Source: a virus
Taxonomy: Duplodnaviria > Caudoviricetes
Reading direction: 5' to 3' (one strand)
Virus record (IMG/VR): IMGVR_UViG_3300046777_000900
Coordinates: 1-31,769 of that record
Length of the DNA stretch: 31,769 bases
Below the pieces are notes generated by a model. That model saw only the letters and a list, made by a program, of their open reading frames with translations, did not search any database and was not told where the DNA came from. Positions within the stretch are counted from its first letter, which is position 1; each line of letters begins with the position of its first letter. A program made the translations under genes and the position numbers. Of the stretch, positions 8,504 to 17,800 are shown piece by piece.

Positions 8504-9493
8504 TTATACTTTTTGATTAATCCAGTTATATAATTTCTCCATTCCTTCACGAAGTGGTCTTGATGGTTTCCATCCTAACTTTTCTTCTATTAGTGTATTG
8601 TCAGAATTTCTACCACGTACTCCAATAGCATTTGATTCTACATTCTTTATACTTAAGTTCTTGCCAGAAATATCAATAACCATTTTGGCTAAGTCATTAA
8701 TAGCAATCATTTCATTTGAACCAATGTTAACAGGGTGAACATAATCACCATGCAATAATCTCATTACTCCTTCAACAGCTTCATCTATAAAAAGAAAAGA
8801 CCTTGTTTGCTTTCCATCTCCCCATATTTCTATCTCACCACCTTCTTCAGCAGAAGCAACTTTGTAACACACAGCAGCAGGTGCTTTTTCTTTACCATTG
8901 TTATAACATGATTCAGGTCCGAATATGTTATGGAATCTACAAATTCTAACATCTAAACCATAGTTCCTTCTGAATGAATCAAATAGTATTTCACTAAATA
9001 TCTTTTCCCATCCATAAGGTGAATCAGGATTTGCAGGGAAACAGTCACTTTCTTTTAAAGCTGCAACATCTTCCCTATCCTGTATATGCTCAGGATATGC
9101 ACAAGCTGAAGATGAAAATAATATCTTCTTTACTTTATTCTTAGTGCAATAGTGAACCATGTTTAGATTAACCAATGCAGAATTATGCATTACGTTAGCA
9201 TCATTATCACCTGTAAATATATATCCAGCACCGCCCATATCAGCAGCCATCTGAATAACTAAATCAAAAGACCCATGTCCACCATAAATATCACTTTGGT
9301 TTGGGGCAAACGTAACTCTGCTTACAAGCTCTGGATTTCTTAAATCACCGACTACAAAATGGTCTGCTTCCGAATCCGAGTATTCTGGTCTTTTTAAATC
9401 AACACCTCTTACCCAATAACCTTCTTTCTTTAATCTTTTTACCATGTGGCTGCCAATGAATCCACCTGCGCCACAAACTAATGCTGTTTTCAT
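8504..9493 (-). CDS. gme: GDP-mannose 3,5-epimerase-like extended SDR
   Basis: GAGGFIG Rossmann motif, AADMGGAGYI, SSACAYPE, YGWEK, RFHNIFGP, EKAPAA, EIWGDGKQTRSF and GVRGRNSDN all match the GME subfamily. Confidence 0.88.
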   Translation of the reverse strand: MKTALVCGAGGFIGSHMVKRLKKEGYWVRGVDLKRPEYSDSEADHFVVGDLRNPELVSRVTFAPNQSDIYGGHGSFDLVIQMAADMGGAGYIFTGDNDANVMHNSALVNLNMVHYCTKNKVKKILFSSSACAYPEHIQDREDVAALKESDCFPANPDSPYGWEKIFSEILFDSFRRNYGLDVRICRFHNIFGPESCYNNGKEKAPAAVCYKVASAEEGGEIEIWGDGKQTRSFLFIDEAVEGVMRLLHGDYVHPVNIGSNEMIAINDLAKMVIDISGKNLSIKNVESNAIGVRGRNSDNTLIEEKLGWKPSRPLREGMEKLYNWINQKV

Positions 9494-9495
9494 TT

Positions 9496-10083
9496 TTATT
9501 TATTTAGTTTTAAATACCATTGTTTTCTAAACCACCAAACTCCAAAATCATTCAGAGTTGTTTCTGATTGCAATACATTTTCAGGATTAAAACTCCTGTC
9601 GCCAATATCATCTCTTACAAATACTTTAGGCACAACTTCTTCAACAGCTCTACGTACTTCATCTGCATTATAGTCATGCCCGGCTAATATGTATTCATCT
9701 TTAACTTTTGGGTACCAAGCTCTAATCTCTTTTTTAGTTTCTTCGTACGTGTGTGATGAATCTATATAGCAAAAATCCAAGTATCCATCATTAAACATCT
9801 GCGATGCTTCTAAGCTACCAAAAGGAACCACTTCTATAAATTCACCTAATCCACTTTTAATTATGTTCTGGTAAATGGTTTTCATTTGTAGGTACTTACC
9901 GTAATCCATATTATCAACCATATACAACTTAAACTTTTTACCTAGCCTATTTAACTCTTGAGCTAAATACAAAGCACTATCACCATCTGCAACCCCAACC
10001 TCGCAAACCTTGCAATCGTTTGGTAGCTCTTTTGCTATTCTTTGATAGAAGTGCGGAAAATCAAACATTAAAAAATCACTCAT
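9496..10083 (-). CDS. Class I SAM-dependent methyltransferase (Methyltransf_24-like)
   Basis: VCEVGVADGDSA, LDFCYIDSSHTYE and WYPKVK...LAGHDY. Confidence 0.88.
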   Translation of the reverse strand: MSDFLMFDFPHFYQRIAKELPNDCKVCEVGVADGDSALYLAQELNRLGKKFKLYMVDNMDYGKYLQMKTIYQNIIKSGLGEFIEVVPFGSLEASQMFNDGYLDFCYIDSSHTYEETKKEIRAWYPKVKDEYILAGHDYNADEVRRAVEEVVPKVFVRDDIGDRSFNPENVLQSETTLNDFGVWWFRKQWYLKLNK

Positions 10084-10085
10084 AA

Positions 10086-10823
10086 TTACATCTTTATAAA
10101 ATAAGGTGGAACAATATCGCTAGTATCTAAACCATCCCATCCGGGACTAAACCAAAATGTAGGGAATATAACTTTCTTGTTTTCGTTTCTATTGAGCCAT
10201 CCGCCCCACCAACTGAATGTACTTGGGCTACATATCTGATGCTCGCACCAACTCATTTCTAATAGGTCTGATACCTCATCAGTGTTACCAGAAAATTCGC
10301 AATCATTTCTGTGCTTAAAGTTCTCCATACACCATTCAATGTCATCAGAAAAGAATTTAAACTTGTATCCCGGGAATTCAGCCATAGCTTTTTCATACCA
10401 TTCTACTTTTACTTCAGGGTGCTTATCCCTTAATTGAACGTAATCTCCTCTACGGACATGGCAAGCAACATATCCTTCTTTTTTATTGTATGGAAAATTA
10501 AACAAATAAAGTATTTCGTTTCTGTATTCGTCAAAGTATTTAGCAGTTTGCCTATAACCCTCTATTGAAATATTCTTATCTCTCCATTCTTCATTAAAAG
10601 GCAGTTCTTCATAACTATGTTTACCTTCCCATAAATTAATCTTCTCTAAGTTAGGATTATAATTTGGGTTAACCAAGTGTAAACAATATATAGGATTCCA
10701 TTTAGGATGGTCGCTATGAGATGGCACAGTAAAATCTAGGTCATGCTTTAGTGCATAAGCTATAGCAGTCGCTGCTTCAAAGCACCAGTTACCCATTCTT
10801 CCAGCGTTTGTAAATGTTACCAT
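10086..10823 (-). CDS. GT11 alpha-1,2-fucosyltransferase-like protein
   Basis: GRMGNW, IEGYRQ, CHVRRGDY (GT11 HxRRxD motif), FFSDDIEWC and STFSWWGGWL. Confidence 0.9.
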   Translation of the reverse strand: MVTFTNAGRMGNWCFEAATAIAYALKHDLDFTVPSHSDHPKWNPIYCLHLVNPNYNPNLEKINLWEGKHSYEELPFNEEWRDKNISIEGYRQTAKYFDEYRNEILYLFNFPYNKKEGYVACHVRRGDYVQLRDKHPEVKVEWYEKAMAEFPGYKFKFFSDDIEWCMENFKHRNDCEFSGNTDEVSDLLEMSWCEHQICSPSTFSWWGGWLNRNENKKVIFPTFWFSPGWDGLDTSDIVPPYFIKM

Positions 10824-10825
10824 AA

Positions 10826-10935
10826 TTAAAAGCCCCCTACGACAAGACGGCTTAATTCACGCAGGGGGGCTTGAACGTCTTGTTTTCGGGGGTATGTCTT
10901 ATTTAACAACTAACCATTTATTTATGAATTAAGCG
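10826..10935 (-). ncRNA. Candidate structured leader or small RNA of unknown class
   Basis: The only large gap in the cassette. It is locally GC-rich and has three complementary pairs: 10925-10934/10850-10859, 10876-10883/10842-10849 and 10860-10872/10830-10841. A -7-like box (TATTTTAG, 10939-10946) precedes it. Confidence 0.5.
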
Positions 10936-10952
10936 ATACTAAAATAATTAAT

Positions 10953-11648
10953 TTATTTCATATTCCTCAATTCTTCTTCAACTTTTTGATAAAATTCTGG
11001 GTCTATGTTACAATTTAGCTTGTAGTGTGACTCATCATGAACCAAGTGTTCATATTGCATACCCGGCACTATGTACATTTTATTGCCCCACTTAAACCAA
11101 TTCATGTTTTGATATATACTATCTGAGCTATGTGGGTCCGTATTTGCATCCCAAACCTTTACATAATCCATTGCAGAAACAAAATAATTCATGCAATTCA
11201 AACAGGTGGCAAAGAATGGTCTATCCATATATTTTGCTACATTTTCCTTAGATATTGTTAACCCACTAAATTCTGTGTAATCAAATAATGGTTTTGCAAA
11301 ATCAGGAGCTAATATGGTTTTCTTATCCCAATTTTGAGAATATATCTTATCTATGTATGTTTCATCTATCTGATTATCGCTATCTAAAAGTATACAATAA
11401 TCAGTTGGTGAATAACTAACGGCTACGAATTTATTTGCATAACAGTCCTGATTTGTGACGTTTCTATAAAGCTTAACCTTACTTAACTTATCACATTCTT
11501 CTTTAAGTCTATTATACACATCAATATCACTAGCATCATCTACTATTACAATAGTGTCTATTCTAGCGTCATCATAAACTTTTTTAAAGCTATTTAGGGT
11601 CATTTCTACCCTATTCCAAGTTGGGATACAAATACTTATCTGTTGCAT
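10953..11648 (-). CDS. GT2-family (GT-A fold) glycosyltransferase
   Basis: ISICIPTWNR, IVIVDDAS and CILLDSDN (DxD motif). Confidence 0.9.
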   Translation of the reverse strand: MQQISICIPTWNRVEMTLNSFKKVYDDARIDTIVIVDDASDIDVYNRLKEECDKLSKVKLYRNVTNQDCYANKFVAVSYSPTDYCILLDSDNQIDETYIDKIYSQNWDKKTILAPDFAKPLFDYTEFSGLTISKENVAKYMDRPFFATCLNCMNYFVSAMDYVKVWDANTDPHSSDSIYQNMNWFKWGNKMYIVPGMQYEHLVHDESHYKLNCNIDPEFYQKVEEELRNMK

Positions 11649-11650
11649 TG

Positions 11651-12274
11651 TTAAAGGTTTGATTCAGAAAATTTTTGATAATATCGCTGTTCTATAAATG
11701 GTTGCCAATTTATTTCAGTTCTACCTATATCACTATACCCCGGTCTTTGCGTACAAAGTAATGGGTATGTTATATATGTATTACCTTTTGGTTGTACCGT
11801 TTTTACTACACAGTTGTCTATAGGGGCTTCTAGTCCTGCTGCTAATATCTCCTTCATTCCGTCAAGAGATACAGCCCATGCGTGTGTTGCAAATGCCATA
11901 TCTAATAAAAGTAAATTATTTGTAGGCTTTGCCTTGAAACCGTTTGTGCATTGGGCCCCTAAATACAATATCTGCCAAGTAGGAGGCAATTGCTTTACAA
12001 CCTGCTCCATAGTGTCATTAGGGTTACCGCAGCTATCTACAAACATTGCGTCATCTTCAAATATTAAAACAGATTTTAAATTAGCTGCTACTGCATCTCT
12101 GAATATCTTTTCTACAGTAATCCTTAATCCTTCCGCTCCATTGTCATGCGGAGTAGCGTTAACTAACTCGTATGGTATACCCCACTTATAAAGTTCTTCA
12201 GCTATCTGTAATAGCCGGTCAGTTCTGCTTGGCAGATTTATAACAAGTATTTTATCAAAAAAATCTGTCCACAT
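11651..12274 (-). CDS. Glycosyltransferase, GT25-like (first copy)
   Basis: FDKILVINLPSRTDR, VLIFEDDA, LPPTWQILYLG, THAWAV and PLLCTQRPGYSDI. Its start overlaps the terminase stop (TAATG). Confidence 0.85.
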   Translation of the reverse strand: MWTDFFDKILVINLPSRTDRLLQIAEELYKWGIPYELVNATPHDNGAEGLRITVEKIFRDAVAANLKSVLIFEDDAMFVDSCGNPNDTMEQVVKQLPPTWQILYLGAQCTNGFKAKPTNNLLLLDMAFATHAWAVSLDGMKEILAAGLEAPIDNCVVKTVQPKGNTYITYPLLCTQRPGYSDIGRTEINWQPFIEQRYYQKFSESNL

Positions 12275-14325
12275 TAGCGTGTTGGTTTCATAGCGAAAAA
12301 ATCAGAAAGCTTAGTTTTATTCTCCACCTTTTTCAAATTCACCTTTTTATAATAATCTGCAAATAAAGTCCATCCGCCTCCCATTACCAAATCCGATACT
12401 TCCGTATCGTTAACATTGAACTTTAATAATCCATCATATTTATCATCTATCAAATTAGGGTATATTATCTTACCGTCTTTACCACTTGTAAGTATATACT
12501 GCTCCCATAAGTTAACCATCAAAGCCTTGTTATCAGCATTAGGGTCAACACCATAGGTATCCTTATTTGGCAACTTCATCAGAAACATTTCTAAGTAATT
12601 ATCTACAAAGAACTTCCTTAAACCACCGTCCATTTTAGCCTCCACAAGTAATTGACCTCCGTATGCAAAGCATTGCAAAGCCATATCCATATGAAATAGC
12701 TCTACCATTTTAGGTCTAGCGTGGTACTTTGAAACTAGCATCCTGTCGAATATAGGGTCATTATCTCCTTTGTCGTATCTGTTCATCACAAAGCTACTAG
12801 CCTTAGAACCTTCTCCTGATTCAACTACCGAGTTTTGAAAGGGGTCAACCGCACTTACAAACTGAACATAGTTTTTTGGTATAAACAAGCTACCTCTTTT
12901 CTCGTACGTTTCTTCTGGTGTCTTAAAATCCTTAGCTCTATGCCATCTTGCACTTTCTTTATCACATTTATGCCAAACAGCTTTTGTAAATGGTATACCA
13001 CCTTCCCAAACATAATTACCATATTCAACAGCAGAGCTTTCGTTCACCTTTGCTAGTTCATACAAGTCATTCAATACAACGGCATCGAAGTGACAATTAT
13101 TGTTCCGAAGCATAAACATTTCCCTTTCATCAAAAGGGTTCATCCTTATTTCTTCTTCTAATTGTACGCCTTCTAGTTGCTTTCTTTTTTCCTCTAAATA
13201 TTTCTTAGCACCTAATTTTATATCATTTTCATCCAAGTCACCGGCTCCAACATAGTATTCAACTAGAAACTTATATTGTTCTTCTGTAGGCTCATTAATA
13301 ACACTCATTCCGAACTTGTCAATAAAACCTAAGTACCCATCATAAGCCGGAGCAAAGTATTTAACCAATCGGTTAGGTGTCTTTGGGTATTTGAAGTGGT
13401 CTGCCCCGTCCCACACGTTCTTAAATTCTTCACCACCACTTGTCATTGAGTTTGATGTAGAAGGACATTCTATAAATCCTACTCTTTTAGCACCCTTTAC
13501 AAGAGTTTTACTTACAATTGATATAAATGTAGAAAAAGGGTTTTCTTTAGCCCATTTTCCGCCCTCATCAAATAACCCTCTACTTAGTCGACCTGAGTCA
13601 TAAGAGTTTAAAGAAGGGGCTCTATAATCAATCCTAGACCTATGTCCTGTATCTGTATCTACTATGCTTCCCTTGGCTCCCCTTACCTCTACTGATTTGT
13701 GAGCAAACACCAATTCACTAACGCTATCTTTATTATTTAATTGCTTTGGTTTTAAAAATACTGGCAATTGTCTGTAACCAAAAGAAACCATGTTTGTAAA
13801 TGCAGCCTTAGCATCCACCTGAGTTTTACTCGTTAAACCGCAGAAGCTATTTTTGTAAAATATACATTCGTAAACCAAGTTAGAAGTAGCTACCGAAGTA
13901 GCACCCTCACGTCTTTTCTTACCTCTTACAATACCTAAGCACCAAGGGGTTCTTTCCCAATGGTCTAAGAATAAAAAGTATCTTCTATCTGTATCCCTGT
14001 AGTCTGGATATATGTCATCCTCTAGTTTCCAAAAGCTTAAATAAAAGTAGTTTTTGCCTGTTATGTAAGTCGGAACACCATTATTGTAAAACCAAAACCC
14101 TTTCTTACATCTTAGAACTTCTCTATTAGCATAGGCGGCTTGCTCTGCGTTTAACAGGGCATTACCTTCACTATCGTATTCTACAAGAGATAAAAATGCG
14201 GGTATTTCTTTTCTTCTCCAATACTGTTCATTAGGGTCATCTGTACCCCAATTTTCTATATCAGATGCATCAGGTTTTTCCGGAAGTTGAATTTCCGTGC
14301 CGTATATTTTTATGGTTTCTAGCAT
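12274..14325 (-). CDS. terL: Terminase large subunit
   Basis: YITGKNYFYL, a Walker A-like KKRREGATS, Walker B GLFDEGGKW, and nuclease acidic motifs SAVDPF, LLVEA and DTEVSDLVM. Confidence 0.9.
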   Translation of the reverse strand: MLETIKIYGTEIQLPEKPDASDIENWGTDDPNEQYWRRKEIPAFLSLVEYDSEGNALLNAEQAAYANREVLRCKKGFWFYNNGVPTYITGKNYFYLSFWKLEDDIYPDYRDTDRRYFLFLDHWERTPWCLGIVRGKKRREGATSVATSNLVYECIFYKNSFCGLTSKTQVDAKAAFTNMVSFGYRQLPVFLKPKQLNNKDSVSELVFAHKSVEVRGAKGSIVDTDTGHRSRIDYRAPSLNSYDSGRLSRGLFDEGGKWAKENPFSTFISIVSKTLVKGAKRVGFIECPSTSNSMTSGGEEFKNVWDGADHFKYPKTPNRLVKYFAPAYDGYLGFIDKFGMSVINEPTEEQYKFLVEYYVGAGDLDENDIKLGAKKYLEEKRKQLEGVQLEEEIRMNPFDEREMFMLRNNNCHFDAVVLNDLYELAKVNESSAVEYGNYVWEGGIPFTKAVWHKCDKESARWHRAKDFKTPEETYEKRGSLFIPKNYVQFVSAVDPFQNSVVESGEGSKASSFVMNRYDKGDNDPIFDRMLVSKYHARPKMVELFHMDMALQCFAYGGQLLVEAKMDGGLRKFFVDNYLEMFLMKLPNKDTYGVDPNADNKALMVNLWEQYILTSGKDGKIIYPNLIDDKYDGLLKFNVNDTEVSDLVMGGGWTLFADYYKKVNLKKVENKTKLSDFFAMKPTR

Positions 14326-14328
14326 AGG

Positions 14329-14640
14329 TTACTTTCTGCTTTCAGCAATGGTTTCTACAAATGGTTTCTTAGCAACGTCTTTTTGCTCATCACCCGTAAC
14401 ACCGGCAGATATACCCAAATCCCTAATAGCAGTTGATATGCTTGCGCTATCATTCCATAAAATCTTCAATCTTTCAAACGTCTTGTCGTTCTTATCTTCT
14501 AATTGTAAATGGGATAAGTTTGTCTTATTTAACAAATCCGCCATTTCATTAGCTTTACGATTCAAAGCGTAGAATAACTTAGCCGCTCCATTTTGTTCGT
14601 AAAGTAGTAGTTTTTGCTTTAGTTCTTCAAGTGTTTCCAT
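14329..14640 (-). CDS. Putative terminase small subunit
   Basis: 103-aa helical protein directly upstream of terL. The call rests on position and size only. Confidence 0.5.
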   Translation of the reverse strand: METLEELKQKLLLYEQNGAAKLFYALNRKANEMADLLNKTNLSHLQLEDKNDKTFERLKILWNDSASISTAIRDLGISAGVTGDEQKDVAKKPFVETIAESRK

Positions 14641-14643
14641 GTG

Positions 14644-14865
14644 TTAATTTAGTATTATACCCGGCAATCCTACATTATACTTACCTCCTTCATTATGGTC
14701 GCAAGCTGTTAAGGATATTACCGTAATTTCATGATTATCATTAGTTAAATCCAAGACAGCGCTATCCTCTATACATATAGGGAATAGCGTGTCTTTTGCA
14801 AATATATACATTTCTGTGTCACCATCAAGGTCTGCTGTCAATTCTCTGAAATCATCTAATGTCAT
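14644..14865 (-). CDS. Small acidic hypothetical protein
   Basis: 73 aa, fills the gap exactly, with a TAATG overlap with the giant gene. Confidence 0.7.
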   Translation of the reverse strand: MTLDDFRELTADLDGDTEMYIFAKDTLFPICIEDSAVLDLTNDNHEITVISLTACDHNEGGKYNVGLPGIILN

Positions 14866-17800
14866 TAGTCAAATCTTTTACGTGCTCTTGATAATCTTTT
14901 ATCCTCCATTTTTTCTTCTCTAGTTTTCTTTTCCTTACCAAAAAGCTGCTCTTTTGACAATCTTGTTGCTTCGGAAGCTATTGACTTTTTAGCCTTCTTA
15001 ACTTCTTCTTCTGTCATATCTTCAACCTTCTTAGTAACCACATTTCCCTTATCTAATGTAAGATTAAATTTTGACTTACCATCATATAATCTCCTGATTT
15101 CTTTTTCTATATTAGCATCTCTTAATTTAGCTAATTCATCAAATTCTTTTTCATTAATTAACCTTCCGCCATCTTTATGATTCTTGATAAGCTCAGGATT
15201 CATCTCATCTGAGTTTAACATTCTTTCTAATGAACTTTCTAATGATTCTTTATTTGCCTGATTAGCATAACTTCCATAACCAATACCTAAAATATTTGGA
15301 GCAAGAACAGTAGCTAATGAAGTAATGCCTTCATCTTTTAATGCTTCCGCAAAATCATCAGCATACATTGGATAAGCTTCTAATACTTCATAAGGGTCAA
15401 AATCTTGATTTAAAGTATTCTTACCTAAAGCCATATTAACGGCATATCCTGTGTTTGGAGCCAATTTATTTCTAAAAAAATTAAACAATGAACTACCAGC
15501 TCTTTCTATTTTTTTCTGTTGATTATATTTATTATCAGTAAATCTTGAATATAATGCAGATGTCATTCTAAAGAATGTCCTTAAATAAGCCGCCTTACCA
15601 CCAGTAATGTCATAAACTTTATCACCAAATCTAATTTGTAAAAAATCTGGTTCATCTGGGTCCATCTCTACTTTAGCTCCTGCGGCAGACGCAGCAAGCA
15701 TTATTCCTGCTGTAGTAGTAACGTATGATAACATATCTTTCATTACTTCTTTTCTAACGCCCGGAGGGAGTTTGTAATATTTTACAGGATTTAAGCTATT
15801 AATATTTGCAGCCATTAAACGAGCACCATAAAAAGTATTACTTACAACCTTATTAGCTTTACCTGATTCTAAAAAGCTAACTAATTTACCACGACCTGTC
15901 ATATTCATAACAAGGTCAGCCATTTTCTTGTACGCTTCAGGGTCCGATTGCCTAGTAATACCCTGCTTTAATAATTGTTTTTCATACTTTAAATACAATT
16001 CATACCTAGCCGTATTTAAAAATCCATCAGCAGCTCTTTGAGATGCTAATAATGGCTCTGTAATTAATTGTCTTACAACCGGTATCTTGATACCGTAAAG
16101 GAAACTTTTTTGAAAATCTTCGTTTCTTTCTTCATTCTTTAAGGCATCAAGTTCATTGAATTTAATACCATCTTCTAGCATTTTATTGTATTCGCTGGAA
16201 TTATGTATGTCATACATCAAGCTATTATACTTCTTGTCACTAAATGCGCTTTTCATTTGATTACCAAAAGCTTTAGAAAAAACATCCCATTTTCTAGGAT
16301 TAAAAGCAATTAAAACGCCTTGACGTAAAGAAACAGATAAGTCAAATGCGGTTTGCATAACCCTTCTAATGCCGGTAATTTGATTAATATGGTCAAGTGC
16401 TTTTTCTGTTTTGCTCATTTTTTTATAAGCATCCTTTTGTCTTTCTGCCTCTATTTGCCTTTCCATTTTAATAACCCTATCCTTTAATAGCTGAGTTTTT
16501 CTATCTAACTCAAGTTTAGGTGGGGCTTGCTTTTCTTCTAAATATCTTTTATTTTTAATATCATCCTGAAGCTTTTCTATTCTCTTTGTGAGCATCCTTC
16601 TTTTAGAAGCAAGTGCTTCATCTTCGCTTTTTGATGCAAACTCTGATTCAGTAAATTCTTGAGGTACACGGTCCCTTTCTTTATTAAGCCTTTTTACCTC
16701 TTTTATTTTATCTTCAAGCTCTAATATTCTATCGTTCTTTTTAATTTTTTGAGCAGGATTCTTTTCCTTCTCAATACCCTTTCTAACATTTTCAAGTTCT
16801 TTTAATAAAGCAGCCTCTTTTTGTAATAACCTTAATTCTTCAGTTTTTTCATTTCTTGTTCTTGGTTTTGATTCATCGTACTCACCGTTAAATATATCTA
16901 GTATATCTTTTTTAGTTATACCATCTACTATATCTTTAAACTCAGCATAAGTATCATTTACAATATCATCTAGCTTATTAGCACCTTCTTCTACCAAGCT
17001 TTTAATATATTTTTTAACGTGAGGTGATACGGCTTTCAATTCTCTCAAGTAAGGAACAGCTACAGCGGTAACCCCTTCTTCTCCAGTTCTTAACTTTCTC
17101 AAAGCTTCACGTGCATCAGCTAGTGATTGCTTTCTCTCAATAACATATTCTTCTCTTGTCTTTTTAGCAGCTTTTTTAGCGGCAGCCCTAGCTTTATTAA
17201 CTCCCATTTCGGCAATTAATTTAGCATTAGCTTCTTCGCTTTTTTGTAACGCTTCTTTTAAAGCATTTTTTTCTTTTTGAAGCTCCTCAAATATTCTAGC
17301 TTGGTCTTTTATTTCAGATTCTGTAAATGGATAACCTCTATCATTTTCTCTCATTAATAAGAAATCAGGTAAAGTATCTTCTACCTGTTTAACTCCTTTT
17401 CTAGCAACTAATGATTGACCGACTAATCTACCGCCAACATTGTTACTAAGTTCCATTATTCTTTTAAACTCAGCTAGATTTTCAGGTGTTGGATTTGCAT
17501 TAATCTTTGCTTTTGCAGATGCTATAATATTAAGCATCATTCTTTGCTCAACAGGCGTAGGTATATCGTTTTTCTCGTATTTATTAATAAGCTTTTTTGC
17601 GGCATCAGGGTCTTTAGCTAACCTTTCCTTAGCTTCAGCATCCCACTGTTCAACTGTTTCTGGACTTACTTCATATTCTGGGAAACCTAATTCACGTGCT
17701 ACCTCATTTAATTGCTCATGGGTAATACCAATTACTTCGCCTTCCTCAGTACCCTTGGGTTGTGCTTCTTTTGTTGTTTTGGCTTTGCCTTCTCCGGTAG

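Noticed and set aside
10826-10935. Assignment of the structured element to a known ribozyme or riboswitch (e.g. pistol, suggested by GGUUAG...UUAAAUA)
   Set aside because: Only short word matches, and the required helices of those classes could not be built. It is kept as an unclassified candidate.
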